This document shows, piece by piece, positions 54,947 to 63,360 of a DNA stretch of 64,000 bases. Below the pieces are notes generated by a model, which was given only the letters and a program-made list of their open reading frames with translations, searched no databases and was not told the DNA's origin. The translations under genes and the position numbers were made by a program. Each line of letters begins with the position of its first letter. Position 1 is the stretch's first letter. Source of the stretch: Gammaproteobacteria bacterium (lineage in GTDB: Bacteria; Pseudomonadota; Gammaproteobacteria; Arenicellales; JAJDZL01); the NCBI GenBank assembly GCA_022823625.1, contig JAJEHQ010000011.1, positions 132,077 through 196,076 on the forward strand, in the 5' to 3' direction.

Positions 54947-56731
54947 GTGCCTCATCACAGATCTGTCAACGAAGATCGTACAGACGGCTTCAGTGTGAAA
55001 GATGTCGTTGCTGCATACGATGCCGAAGCATCTAGGTTGACATCAGAATACGAGCGCCTTCCTTTTGAAAAAATCCACTCTGCTGTATTGGATCTTGTGC
55101 CGGATACACCTAGCTTTATTCTCGATATTGGTGCTGGGACCGGACGGGACGCAGCTTGGTTCGCGGACAAAGAGCACACAGTTGTCGCGGTTGAGCCATC
55201 TAGGGAGATGAGAAAAGCCGGGCAGGAACGGCATCGTTCTTCAAACATCCAGTGGATGAATGACGCGATGCCAAAGCTGGAGCAGGTGTTTAGCTCTAAA
55301 CTCACTTTTGATCTGGTGTGGTTGAGTGGGGTGTGGATGCATGTGCCGAAAACTCAGCGCGATCGGGCATTTCGCAAGATCGTTTCGGTATTGAGGCCTG
55401 GCGGTAGTGTGATGGTGAGTATCCGTGTCGGTCCCCAGCCGGAAGGGCGTCCGATGGACCCGATAACTGTCGCAGAGATAGAAACCTTGGCACAGCGACG
55501 TGGACTTCAAATCGTGCGCGTTGACCGTACTGAGGACGCACTTCAAAGACCTGAAATAAGTTGGGACGTCGTCTGGCTGCGTTTTCCGGACGATGGCACA
55601 GGTGCTCTTCCCTTACTGCGGCACATCGTTTTCAACGACAGTAAGTCCTCAACGTACAAGCTTGCGCTTCTTCGTACGCTGATTCGTGCTGCAGACAGTG
55701 CCGGTGGTTTTGCGCGGCCAAGTCAAGATGACCAACACGTCGAATTGCCACTTGGACTGATATCACTATTCTGGGTTCGGGGATTCCAACCACTCTTGGC
55801 GAATGATCTCTCTCAACATCCTGCAGGCAACAGCAGGTTGTCATTTGTGAAGGAGGGTTTTCAAGGACTTGCTTCTCGTTCACCCTATGATCTACGTGTT
55901 GGCCAGAATTTTTCCGGACAAGATGCCGTAAACCTAATTCGTGCTTTGCGTGATGCTGCAAACTGCATTCGCAGAATGCCAGCGCATTTCATCACATATC
56001 CTGGCAGTTCCAGTTCAGATCAAAATCACGTTTTTCCTTGCGAGTACAGATCGGTTCGAGTCAGAGACTCTGTACGAATTGACGAAGATTTTCTATGGGC
56101 TTTTGGTACATTCAGCGTACCTGTGCATGTGTGGCAAGCCATGAGTCGCTATGCTCCATGGATTGAACCTGCCGTAGTCAATGAATGGATCGAAGTCATG
56201 CGGGGTTACAAACAATCAAAGGCGGTAGTCACTCAAGATCAATATCTTTCATCTTTAAAGTGGCTTGATCCAGGACATGACACTACATTAGTTCGTAAGC
56301 TTGGAGAAAACCTTCGTGCAGACGGCCAACGAATCTACTGCGTTTGGACCGGAAATTTCATTCGGCAGAAATTTGATGTTGACCACTGCATGCCCTATGC
56401 GGCATGGTCCTGTAATGATCTGTGGAATCTGTTGCCAAGCCTGCCCCGAGTTAATCGAAGTAAAGGAAATTGCCTTCCAGCACCTGAGGCTCTTGAGCAA
56501 GCCAAGCCCCGAATTCTGGAGTGGTGGTCAAGTGCCTATTTGAGTAAACCTGACCTTGCACTACGCTTCGAAGATGAGGCTCGAAGTGCGTTACCTGCAA
56601 TCAAACCTGTTGAGGGGACGGTATCAACAGAGAATGTAGAGCATTTTTTCCAAGGTGTAATGTTTCAGCAAATGGTGTTGAAACGAGATCAGCAGCTAAC
56701 TGAGTGGCACACGCCAAATTTATTCCCTTGA
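54947..56731 (+). CDS. Fusion protein: N-terminal class I SAM-dependent methyltransferase, an uncharacterised central region and a C-terminal HNH (His-Me finger) nuclease motif
   Basis: SAM motif I is ILDIGAGTGRDAAWFA, followed by VVAVEPS and LRPGG. The central region contains STYKLALLRTLIRA. The C-terminus YCVWTGNFIRQKFDVDHCMPYAAWSCNDLWNLLPSLPRVNRSKGN fits the D-H...N...N-x-x-K HNH pattern. The start is GTG at 54947, or alternatively GTG at 54995. Confidence 0.7.
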   Translation: MPHHRSVNEDRTDGFSVKDVVAAYDAEASRLTSEYERLPFEKIHSAVLDLVPDTPSFILDIGAGTGRDAAWFADKEHTVVAVEPSREMRKAGQERHRSSNIQWMNDAMPKLEQVFSSKLTFDLVWLSGVWMHVPKTQRDRAFRKIVSVLRPGGSVMVSIRVGPQPEGRPMDPITVAEIETLAQRRGLQIVRVDRTEDALQRPEISWDVVWLRFPDDGTGALPLLRHIVFNDSKSSTYKLALLRTLIRAADSAGGFARPSQDDQHVELPLGLISLFWVRGFQPLLANDLSQHPAGNSRLSFVKEGFQGLASRSPYDLRVGQNFSGQDAVNLIRALRDAANCIRRMPAHFITYPGSSSSDQNHVFPCEYRSVRVRDSVRIDEDFLWAFGTFSVPVHVWQAMSRYAPWIEPAVVNEWIEVMRGYKQSKAVVTQDQYLSSLKWLDPGHDTTLVRKLGENLRADGQRIYCVWTGNFIRQKFDVDHCMPYAAWSCNDLWNLLPSLPRVNRSKGNCLPAPEALEQAKPRILEWWSSAYLSKPDLALRFEDEARSALPAIKPVEGTVSTENVEHFFQGVMFQQMVLKRDQQLTEWHTPNLFP

Positions 56732-56758
56732 TAGGTTACTAGTCCTAACAGAACAGCA

Positions 56759-56782
56759 GTCGACGCAAGTCTCGTCGATTTG
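56759..56782 (+). terminator. Possible terminator after the methyltransferase-HNH gene
   Basis: (G)TCGACG-caagtct-CGTCGA(T)TTTG: a 6-7 bp stem and a short T run, 28 nt after the stop. Confidence 0.35.
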
Positions 56783-56865
56783 CACCAACGGACAAGAATG
56801 GACTCGCCAGTCACAGAAATTCGGTTCGGCTTTTCAGTCACCACACACCCTAAATTTGACTGATA

Positions 56866-58179
56866 ATGCGTGCTATGAGTTGCCAGCATTATTCCCAGCA
56901 TGAACACGGTGCGAAATCGTTCACCGTCGTAATGCCAAAAATCACTTTCGGACGGGGATGTCTAGCTGAGATTGGAGTCCGCGCCAAGGCTCGAGATTTC
57001 ACACGTGTAGCACTCTTTACTGACCCATTCCTTCGAAACGGACCTTACTTTGAAACGGCTGTAAACACGTTGCAGGCGAGCGGGATTGATGTTGCAGTGT
57101 TTTCTGAAATTCGCATTGAACCCGACGACAATACTATCATCGCCGCCGCAGAATTTTTACGTGACGGACAATTTGACGGTGTGATTTCTGTTGGTGGAGG
57201 CTCTACGATGGACACTGCTAAAGCGGGCATGGTCTATGCATTATATCCAGCAGAGTTCACTGACTATTTTGGCCCACCGGTCGGAGCTGGCAAGCCAGTA
57301 CCCGGTTCGCTATTGCCTCACATCGCCTGTCCGACAACTTCCGGTACCGGTTCAGAGTGCACCTCGGTTGCGGTAATCAGGATCAATGCACTGAATACCA
57401 AGTTTGTAGTTGGTTCTCCGCACATGATGCCATCTGAGGCGCTGGTAGATCCTGCCTGTACGGACACACTAGCAGCCAATGTTGTCGCATCGACGGGTTA
57501 CGATTTGCTGTGTCATGCGCTCGAATGCTATACCGCGAGAGCCTATGCCGCGTGGGATTACATTCCGGAACCCAACAGCCGTTCGCTGCTGCAAGGATCA
57601 AATCCGTGGAGTGACATGTCGGCGCGCGCAGCATTGGAAATCATCAGAAATTATCTTGTGCGCGGTGTTAACGATCAAACCGACTGCGAAGCTCGGGATC
57701 AGTTGATGTGGGGTGCTACCTTGGCAGGCATGGCGTTTGGCAACAGTGGGACGCACCTGCCGCATGCCATGTCCTACGGAATTACCCACCTCATGGACAA
57801 CATCACTACCAATGACTATCAGGTCGCTTCACCTTTCGTCCCACACGGAATTAGCGTGATGGTCTGTGCTCCTGCGATATTTCGTTATATTGCTGAAGGC
57901 GCTCCGCAGCGGCACCTATCTGCTGCAGGCTTTCTGGGTGCCAACGCTAAAGATGCAATACCGAGCGATGCCGGTGAAATAGTCGCTGAAGAACTGATCC
58001 GGTTAATTCGCCGTACGAATGGGCCTAATGGAATCAGTGGGGTTGGATTCAACGTGGAAGACGTAAAGGATCTGGCAGCTTCAGCGGTTCGTCAGTCCCG
58101 GGCAATACAAAACGCACCGCGTGTTGTCGAGCAGCAGGAAATCGAGAATATCTTCACGAGTGCGGTGAGTTATTGGTAG
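56866..58179 (+). CDS. Iron-containing alcohol dehydrogenase family (hydroxyacid-oxoacid transhydrogenase-like)
   Basis: GGGSTMDTAK, the PTTSGTGSE motif and the His-rich metal site HALECY...HLPHAMSY. Confidence 0.85.
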   Translation: MRAMSCQHYSQHEHGAKSFTVVMPKITFGRGCLAEIGVRAKARDFTRVALFTDPFLRNGPYFETAVNTLQASGIDVAVFSEIRIEPDDNTIIAAAEFLRDGQFDGVISVGGGSTMDTAKAGMVYALYPAEFTDYFGPPVGAGKPVPGSLLPHIACPTTSGTGSECTSVAVIRINALNTKFVVGSPHMMPSEALVDPACTDTLAANVVASTGYDLLCHALECYTARAYAAWDYIPEPNSRSLLQGSNPWSDMSARAALEIIRNYLVRGVNDQTDCEARDQLMWGATLAGMAFGNSGTHLPHAMSYGITHLMDNITTNDYQVASPFVPHGISVMVCAPAIFRYIAEGAPQRHLSAAGFLGANAKDAIPSDAGEIVAEELIRLIRRTNGPNGISGVGFNVEDVKDLAASAVRQSRAIQNAPRVVEQQEIENIFTSAVSYW

Positions 58180-58355
58180 TGTTCAACTACTAAAATCTTG
58201 AACTGCAGTCGGGAGACAATCAGCAGTTTGACAGGTGGAGAGCGGTGAAAAATCGCACTGGTAAGACAGCCCCGCAACCTTTCAGTTGACTTTCAAATGA
58301 CTCTGAAAATTAGTGTTTGAAGGAGAACTGGAACAACCTGTTTCATCTGCGCGCA

Positions 58356-59501
58356 TTAAGAGAAGCCGACAAGTGAGTCTAAACGAAAACGGTCTGGCGA
58401 TAGACTCTCAAATGGAAATCCGTGTGATTTATAAGCGTACGGTAGCTCTGCACTGGAAATCAGAGAGGCTGCATAGCGGCCAATTGCAGGTGAGGTGAAT
58501 ACACCGTATCCACCCTGACCAACCAGCCAGAAAAACCCGGGTACTTCCGGCTCCCATCCAATCACCGGATCTCCGTCCGAGGAAAATGTTCGAAGACCGG
58601 CCCAACTGTGATCAATACGTTTGATTTTGAGTGTCGAAACGTCTTCAAGCCTCGCCACTGTGACCGCCATGTCGACTTCATCCGGCTGCGCATCACAGGG
58701 TACGCTCGGAGTTTGGTCAATCGGTGAGATCATCAGTTGACCGACTCCAAATTGCTGAAAATAAAGGTAGTCGGGCTCGACGATGACAAATGGCAAATCA
58801 TCAAAATTGATGCCATCGAATTGATCGCTGCTAACCACAACAATGGTCCTGCGCTTTGGAATCAACCCAATCGGACTGATACCGGCAAGCTTTGCAATTT
58901 CATCGCCCCATGCACCAGCGGCATTAACGACAATTGCAGACTCATAGCGCTGACCACCAGCCTCCACTTCCCAGATGTCGGATGGCGCTAGGGTTATCTT
59001 GGTTACCTCAGCATCAGTTACCACTTTTCCACCGCGGTTTTTCAATGCTTGTACGTACACGCTATGCAACGCGTGAACATCTATGGAGGCAACCTGCGTA
59101 TCTAGCACAGCACCAACATATCTGCCGGGTTTGAGGAATGGTACACGATTAAGAAATTCCGATTCGTCTAGCCACACGCTCTTCGGGGGTCGGTCAACTG
59201 TCATTGAGTTTGCTTTGTCCACAAGAGAAATAGTTTTGCGCTCACTCAGGATCTCAACTTCACTGTCAAATTCAGGCGACTCAAGAAAGTTCCGGCTCAG
59301 GCCTCCAAACGCGCGCATCGAGTCCGGACCATAGTACGGTGTAAACAGTGCAGCGCTGCGCCCGGTTGTGTGGTAAGCGAGGGAACTTTCTCGTTCCAGC
59401 AGTGTGACACTCAGCCCATCATCAGCCAAAAAAGCAGCGACAGAGGCACCGGCAATGCCACCTCCGATGACGATGGCATCAAATTTTTTTACTGCACCCA
59501 T
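58356..59501 (-). CDS. FAD-dependent oxidoreductase (DAO / glycine-D-amino-acid oxidase family)
   Basis: N-terminal FDAIVIGGGIAGASVAAFLA dinucleotide fold. 381 aa. It starts directly after the upstream gene's stop. Confidence 0.8.
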   Translation of the reverse strand: MGAVKKFDAIVIGGGIAGASVAAFLADDGLSVTLLERESSLAYHTTGRSAALFTPYYGPDSMRAFGGLSRNFLESPEFDSEVEILSERKTISLVDKANSMTVDRPPKSVWLDESEFLNRVPFLKPGRYVGAVLDTQVASIDVHALHSVYVQALKNRGGKVVTDAEVTKITLAPSDIWEVEAGGQRYESAIVVNAAGAWGDEIAKLAGISPIGLIPKRRTIVVVSSDQFDGINFDDLPFVIVEPDYLYFQQFGVGQLMISPIDQTPSVPCDAQPDEVDMAVTVARLEDVSTLKIKRIDHSWAGLRTFSSDGDPVIGWEPEVPGFFWLVGQGGYGVFTSPAIGRYAASLISSAELPYAYKSHGFPFESLSPDRFRLDSLVGFS

Positions 59502-61544
59502 TTACAGGTGCTGGCAAAGGCGCAGTGAATCGTAAATTGCTGCATGAATATTTCGGCTGGCAACGGCATCACCAACTCTGAACAACTGATAAGTGCCATC
59601 CGGATTTGGTGCATGCTTCTGCGGTTGTTCAGCGACCAGCGCATTGATGTCGATTGTTCCTTGATTTTTTGAGCTTGGCTTAAGGTCGAAATAGAGTTCA
59701 TCATTTGGCAAAGTGCCATGTTCGACAACAATCTGAGGAGCAGAAATCGTAGTGGTGCTACGATCGTACTCATTGTAGAACTCACCTGTTAACGACCCGT
59801 TCCTGCGGTGAATGCGAATGAGACGTTTATTTGGCAGCATATCAACGTTATGCTGGTAGAAGAGCTTTAGGTAGATTGGGTAGTTGGTTCCTCCGACCTC
59901 CTGAGCAACGCTGCGGTCAGGTGTTACGATTTTGACGGACGCACCTTTAAGTGCCATGTATTCTGCACAGGAAATGCCTTGGTGCTGTCCGTTGTCGTCA
60001 TAGATCAGAACTTCAGAATCAACGGTAGTGATGCCTGTCAGCACATCCCAGGTAGTTGTTGCATATTCACTGCCTGAGTCGAGGAATGACAAATTTGGAA
60101 GTCCGCCGGTAGCGATAATAACGACATCCGGATTTTCCTGGACCACATCACTCGCTTCGACAAATGAATTGAATCGCATTTCCACTGACAGTCGTTGCAA
60201 TTGGGCATAACGCCAGTCAACGATGCCAAGAATTTCCCGTCTTCGCTCTACTTTTGCTGCAATATTGATCTGTCCGCCAGGCTGATCCCCAGCTTCAAAC
60301 AGTATGACATCATGCCCTCGTTCTGCCAGAACTCTTGCAGCTTCAAGTCCTCCAGGCCCTGCACCGACAACCACCACTCGCTTTAAGTCTTTTGATGGAA
60401 TGGTGATATGAGGTGCAGTTTCTTCACGTCCAGTCGAAGGATTGTGGATGCACAGTGCTTCAGATCCGACATAAATACGATCAATACAATAACCGGCTCC
60501 GACGCAGGGCCTAATCTGATCCTCCTGTCCGTTTTCAATTTTCCTGACGATGTGCGGATCAGCCATATGTGCCCGGGTCATGCCGATCAAGTCAACACAA
60601 CCGCTGCCGACCGCATGCCTGGCTGTTGCAACATCAGCAATTCTGGCAGCGTGAAAAATGGGTAGTTTCAATTCTGAACGAACCGCTGCAGTGAATTCAA
60701 GGTGCGGTCCGGATGGAGTGCCCATGTTGGGTATGACGTGGGACAAGCCTTCGTCTGTATCCACGTGCCCTTTTATGACATTTATGAAGTCCAGTTGGCC
60801 GGTATCGGTGAGAATTTTTGCGATGGTCATTCCTTCGTCAAATTCAATCCCACCCGGCAGGTCTTCGTCAATTACCATGCGAAGTCCCACGATATAGTCT
60901 GATCCGACCTGGTTGCGAATTTCGCCAAGGACTTCACGGGTGAAGCGCAGCCGGTTTTCGAGGCTGCCACCATATTCATCGGTTCGTCGATTGGTAAGCG
61001 GTGACCAGAACCCGTCCAATAGGTGCCCGTAACCTTCGATTTCGACACCGTCCAGGCCACCTTCCATGCAGCGCCTTGCTGCTGCACCGTAAGCATTCGC
61101 GATTCGAATCATATCCTCGCGTTCCATCTCCTTCGGAAAGGCGCGATGGGCCGGTTCCCTTACACAGGATGCAGCTACGGTTGGCAACCAGTCTTCCACA
61201 TAGGGTGAAGTCCGTCGTCCGAGGTGAGTGATCTGACACATCAGTGCTGCACCGTGTCGATGGACCCGATTTGAAAGTTCCTTAAAATAGGGAACGATTT
61301 CGTCAGTGCCCGCAAACAGATTGCCAAACGCCGGCGGTGAGTCTCGGTCAACCAGAGTCGAGCCACCGAACATGGTCAGACCAATACCGCCTTTGGCTTT
61401 TTCCTCGTGATACAACTGATAGCGCAGTTTGGGTAGCATATCTTCTGAATATGCCGGTTCATGACTGGTGCTGATGATTCGATTCTTCAACTCAAGGTGT
61501 TTGAGCGTGAATGGCTGAAGCAGGGGGTCTTTGGAAGTGCGCAT
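59502..61544 (-). CDS. Old-yellow-enzyme-type flavin oxidoreductase fused to an FAD/NAD(P)-binding domain (N-methylproline demethylase StcD / 2,4-dienoyl-CoA reductase / amine dehydrogenase-like)
   Basis: 680 aa. The N-terminus is LKNRIISTSHEP, the Cys cluster region is RPCVGAGYCIDR...ALCIHN, and the second Rossmann motif is VVVVGAGPGGLEAARVLAERGHDV. Confidence 0.8.
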   Translation of the reverse strand: MRTSKDPLLQPFTLKHLELKNRIISTSHEPAYSEDMLPKLRYQLYHEEKAKGGIGLTMFGGSTLVDRDSPPAFGNLFAGTDEIVPYFKELSNRVHRHGAALMCQITHLGRRTSPYVEDWLPTVAASCVREPAHRAFPKEMEREDMIRIANAYGAAARRCMEGGLDGVEIEGYGHLLDGFWSPLTNRRTDEYGGSLENRLRFTREVLGEIRNQVGSDYIVGLRMVIDEDLPGGIEFDEGMTIAKILTDTGQLDFINVIKGHVDTDEGLSHVIPNMGTPSGPHLEFTAAVRSELKLPIFHAARIADVATARHAVGSGCVDLIGMTRAHMADPHIVRKIENGQEDQIRPCVGAGYCIDRIYVGSEALCIHNPSTGREETAPHITIPSKDLKRVVVVGAGPGGLEAARVLAERGHDVILFEAGDQPGGQINIAAKVERRREILGIVDWRYAQLQRLSVEMRFNSFVEASDVVQENPDVVIIATGGLPNLSFLDSGSEYATTTWDVLTGITTVDSEVLIYDDNGQHQGISCAEYMALKGASVKIVTPDRSVAQEVGGTNYPIYLKLFYQHNVDMLPNKRLIRIHRRNGSLTGEFYNEYDRSTTTISAPQIVVEHGTLPNDELYFDLKPSSKNQGTIDINALVAEQPQKHAPNPDGTYQLFRVGDAVASRNIHAAIYDSLRLCQHL

Positions 61545-61805
61545 ACGGTACGAAACCTAATTTTTGTTTTGAGGAACGATAAATTTCAATTTCAAAAAAG
61601 TTATATTTATGCCTTTCAATTCACTTGCTGAAAAACTAGCACACATTGAAACAATGGCACTGCCTTTGTCGCTCAATTCAGGTAGCAAGCGCGCTATTTT
61701 AGAAGAATTGGCTGACAGGTACCGAGTGAATCATTTGCATGCTTGATTTCCCGCCAATTGCCTCAAATTTCACAGCGAGATTTCAGCATTCCGCGAGAGT
61801 CTTTC

Positions 61806-63341
61806 ATGGCAGATAGTCGACGCAGAGAAAGACAGAGAAGGCAGCGGCCTTCCCAGGCCAGAATAGATCAGCTTCCGTTTGAGCAAGTTGAAAATCCTTT
61901 TTCTCCGATTGATATCTTATCGGAAGATCAACTCAATCGAATTCATCATGCATCATTGGATGTGCTCGAAGACATCGGCATCAATTTTCTACTCGATGAA
62001 GCACGAGAAATTCTGAAAACTGCCGGCGCTGACGTCGAGAAAAACTCAACCCGTGTTCGCTTTGACCGAAACCTGATCTTGGAATCCATAGCAAAGGCTC
62101 CGTCTGAGTTTACGATTAACGCAAGAAATCCGCAACGGAGTCTGAAGATTGGTGGACGCTGGCTTGCTTTTTCGACCGTAGCCGGTCCTCCCAATGCCAG
62201 CGACATTCAAGGCGGCCGGCGTTCGGGTAACTTCAAGGATTACAGTGACTTCATTAAGCTTGCACAGAGTGTGAATATCGCTCACGCGATATCGGGACAT
62301 CCGGTTGAACCGCTTGACCTTGATCCTAAAACACGACACCTCGATACTGCCAGGGTAAACCTGACGCTCACTGACAAGGTATGCAGGGTTTATTCGTTGG
62401 GACGCGACCGCGTCATGGACATTTTGGAGATCACCCGAATATGTCACAGCCTGAGTCGGGAGGAATTGGCGAAGCGACCTAGCCTGTATACCGTTGTCAA
62501 TGTTAATTCTCCTCTTCAGTATGACATTCCAATGCTATGGGGCATCATCGAACTCGCCAGAATGAATCAGGTGGTCGTAATCACTCCTTTCACACTCGCC
62601 GGTGCTATGGCGCCAATCACTTTGGCCGGTGCTGTTACTCAGCAGAATGCCGAAGCGCTGGCCGGGCTCGCATTTTCTCAAATCGTAAACCCAGGTGCAC
62701 CGGTGATGTATGGAGGCTTTACTTCCAATGTTGATATGAAGACTGGTTCTCCAGCATTTGGCACACCGGAATATGTCAAAGCCACCTTGATGGGTGGACA
62801 GTTTGCAAGGTTCTACAATCTTCCATACCGATCTTCCAACGTCAATGCCTCAAACGCACCTGATGTGCAAGCAACATACGAATCGCAGATGTCGATCTGG
62901 GGATCGGTTATGGCGCGGGCTAACTTGATTCATCACGCACTCGGCTGGCTGGAAGGTGGACTGTGTGCTTCATTCGAAAAGTTTGTGATGGATGCCGAAA
63001 TGTTGCAGGGCGTGGTGGAAACCCTCAAACCGGTCGTTGTTGACGAAGATACGCTTGGCATTGAAGCAATGCGAGAAGTCGGTCCTGGCGGACATTATTT
63101 CGCAGCACAGCAGACTATGGAGCGCTATGAAACTGAGTTTTATAAGCCGATACTGTCTGATTGGCGAAACTTTGAAACCTGGTTCGAGGACGGCGCAAAG
63201 GACGCGACATCCCGCGCCAATCGAATTTACCAGCAACTACTATCGGAATATGAGGCCCCTAAGGTTGATGAGGCGATTTTGCAGGAGCTTGATGAATATA
63301 TTGAAACCACCCGTGAGGAGCGTCGTAAGGCTCCTGTTTAG
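61806..63341 (+). CDS. Trimethylamine methyltransferase (MttB) superfamily protein, non-pyrrolysine type
   Basis: About 511 aa from MADSRRRERQRRQR (the Arg-rich N-terminus common in non-Pyl MttB homologs). The frame is uninterrupted with no internal TAG. Family assignment is by overall sequence character and is not motif-proven. Confidence 0.7.
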   Translation: MADSRRRERQRRQRPSQARIDQLPFEQVENPFSPIDILSEDQLNRIHHASLDVLEDIGINFLLDEAREILKTAGADVEKNSTRVRFDRNLILESIAKAPSEFTINARNPQRSLKIGGRWLAFSTVAGPPNASDIQGGRRSGNFKDYSDFIKLAQSVNIAHAISGHPVEPLDLDPKTRHLDTARVNLTLTDKVCRVYSLGRDRVMDILEITRICHSLSREELAKRPSLYTVVNVNSPLQYDIPMLWGIIELARMNQVVVITPFTLAGAMAPITLAGAVTQQNAEALAGLAFSQIVNPGAPVMYGGFTSNVDMKTGSPAFGTPEYVKATLMGGQFARFYNLPYRSSNVNASNAPDVQATYESQMSIWGSVMARANLIHHALGWLEGGLCASFEKFVMDAEMLQGVVETLKPVVVDEDTLGIEAMREVGPGGHYFAAQQTMERYETEFYKPILSDWRNFETWFEDGAKDATSRANRIYQQLLSEYEAPKVDEAILQELDEYIETTREERRKAPV

Positions 63342-63360
63342 TCCTGAAAGGAGGGCATAA

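Noticed and set aside
54947-56731. Calling the methyltransferase-HNH fusion a classical type II/IIG restriction-modification enzyme.
   Set aside because: The methyltransferase domain lacks the DNA-methyltransferase catalytic motifs ((D/N/S)PP(Y/F) or PCQ/ENV). No target-recognition domain or partner gene is recognisable. I report it as an uncharacterised fusion instead.
61806-63341. Possible pyrrolysine (in-frame UAG) recoding in the MttB homolog.
   Set aside because: The reading frame is continuous with no internal TAG, and no pylTSBCD genes occur in the window. This is a non-Pyl family member.
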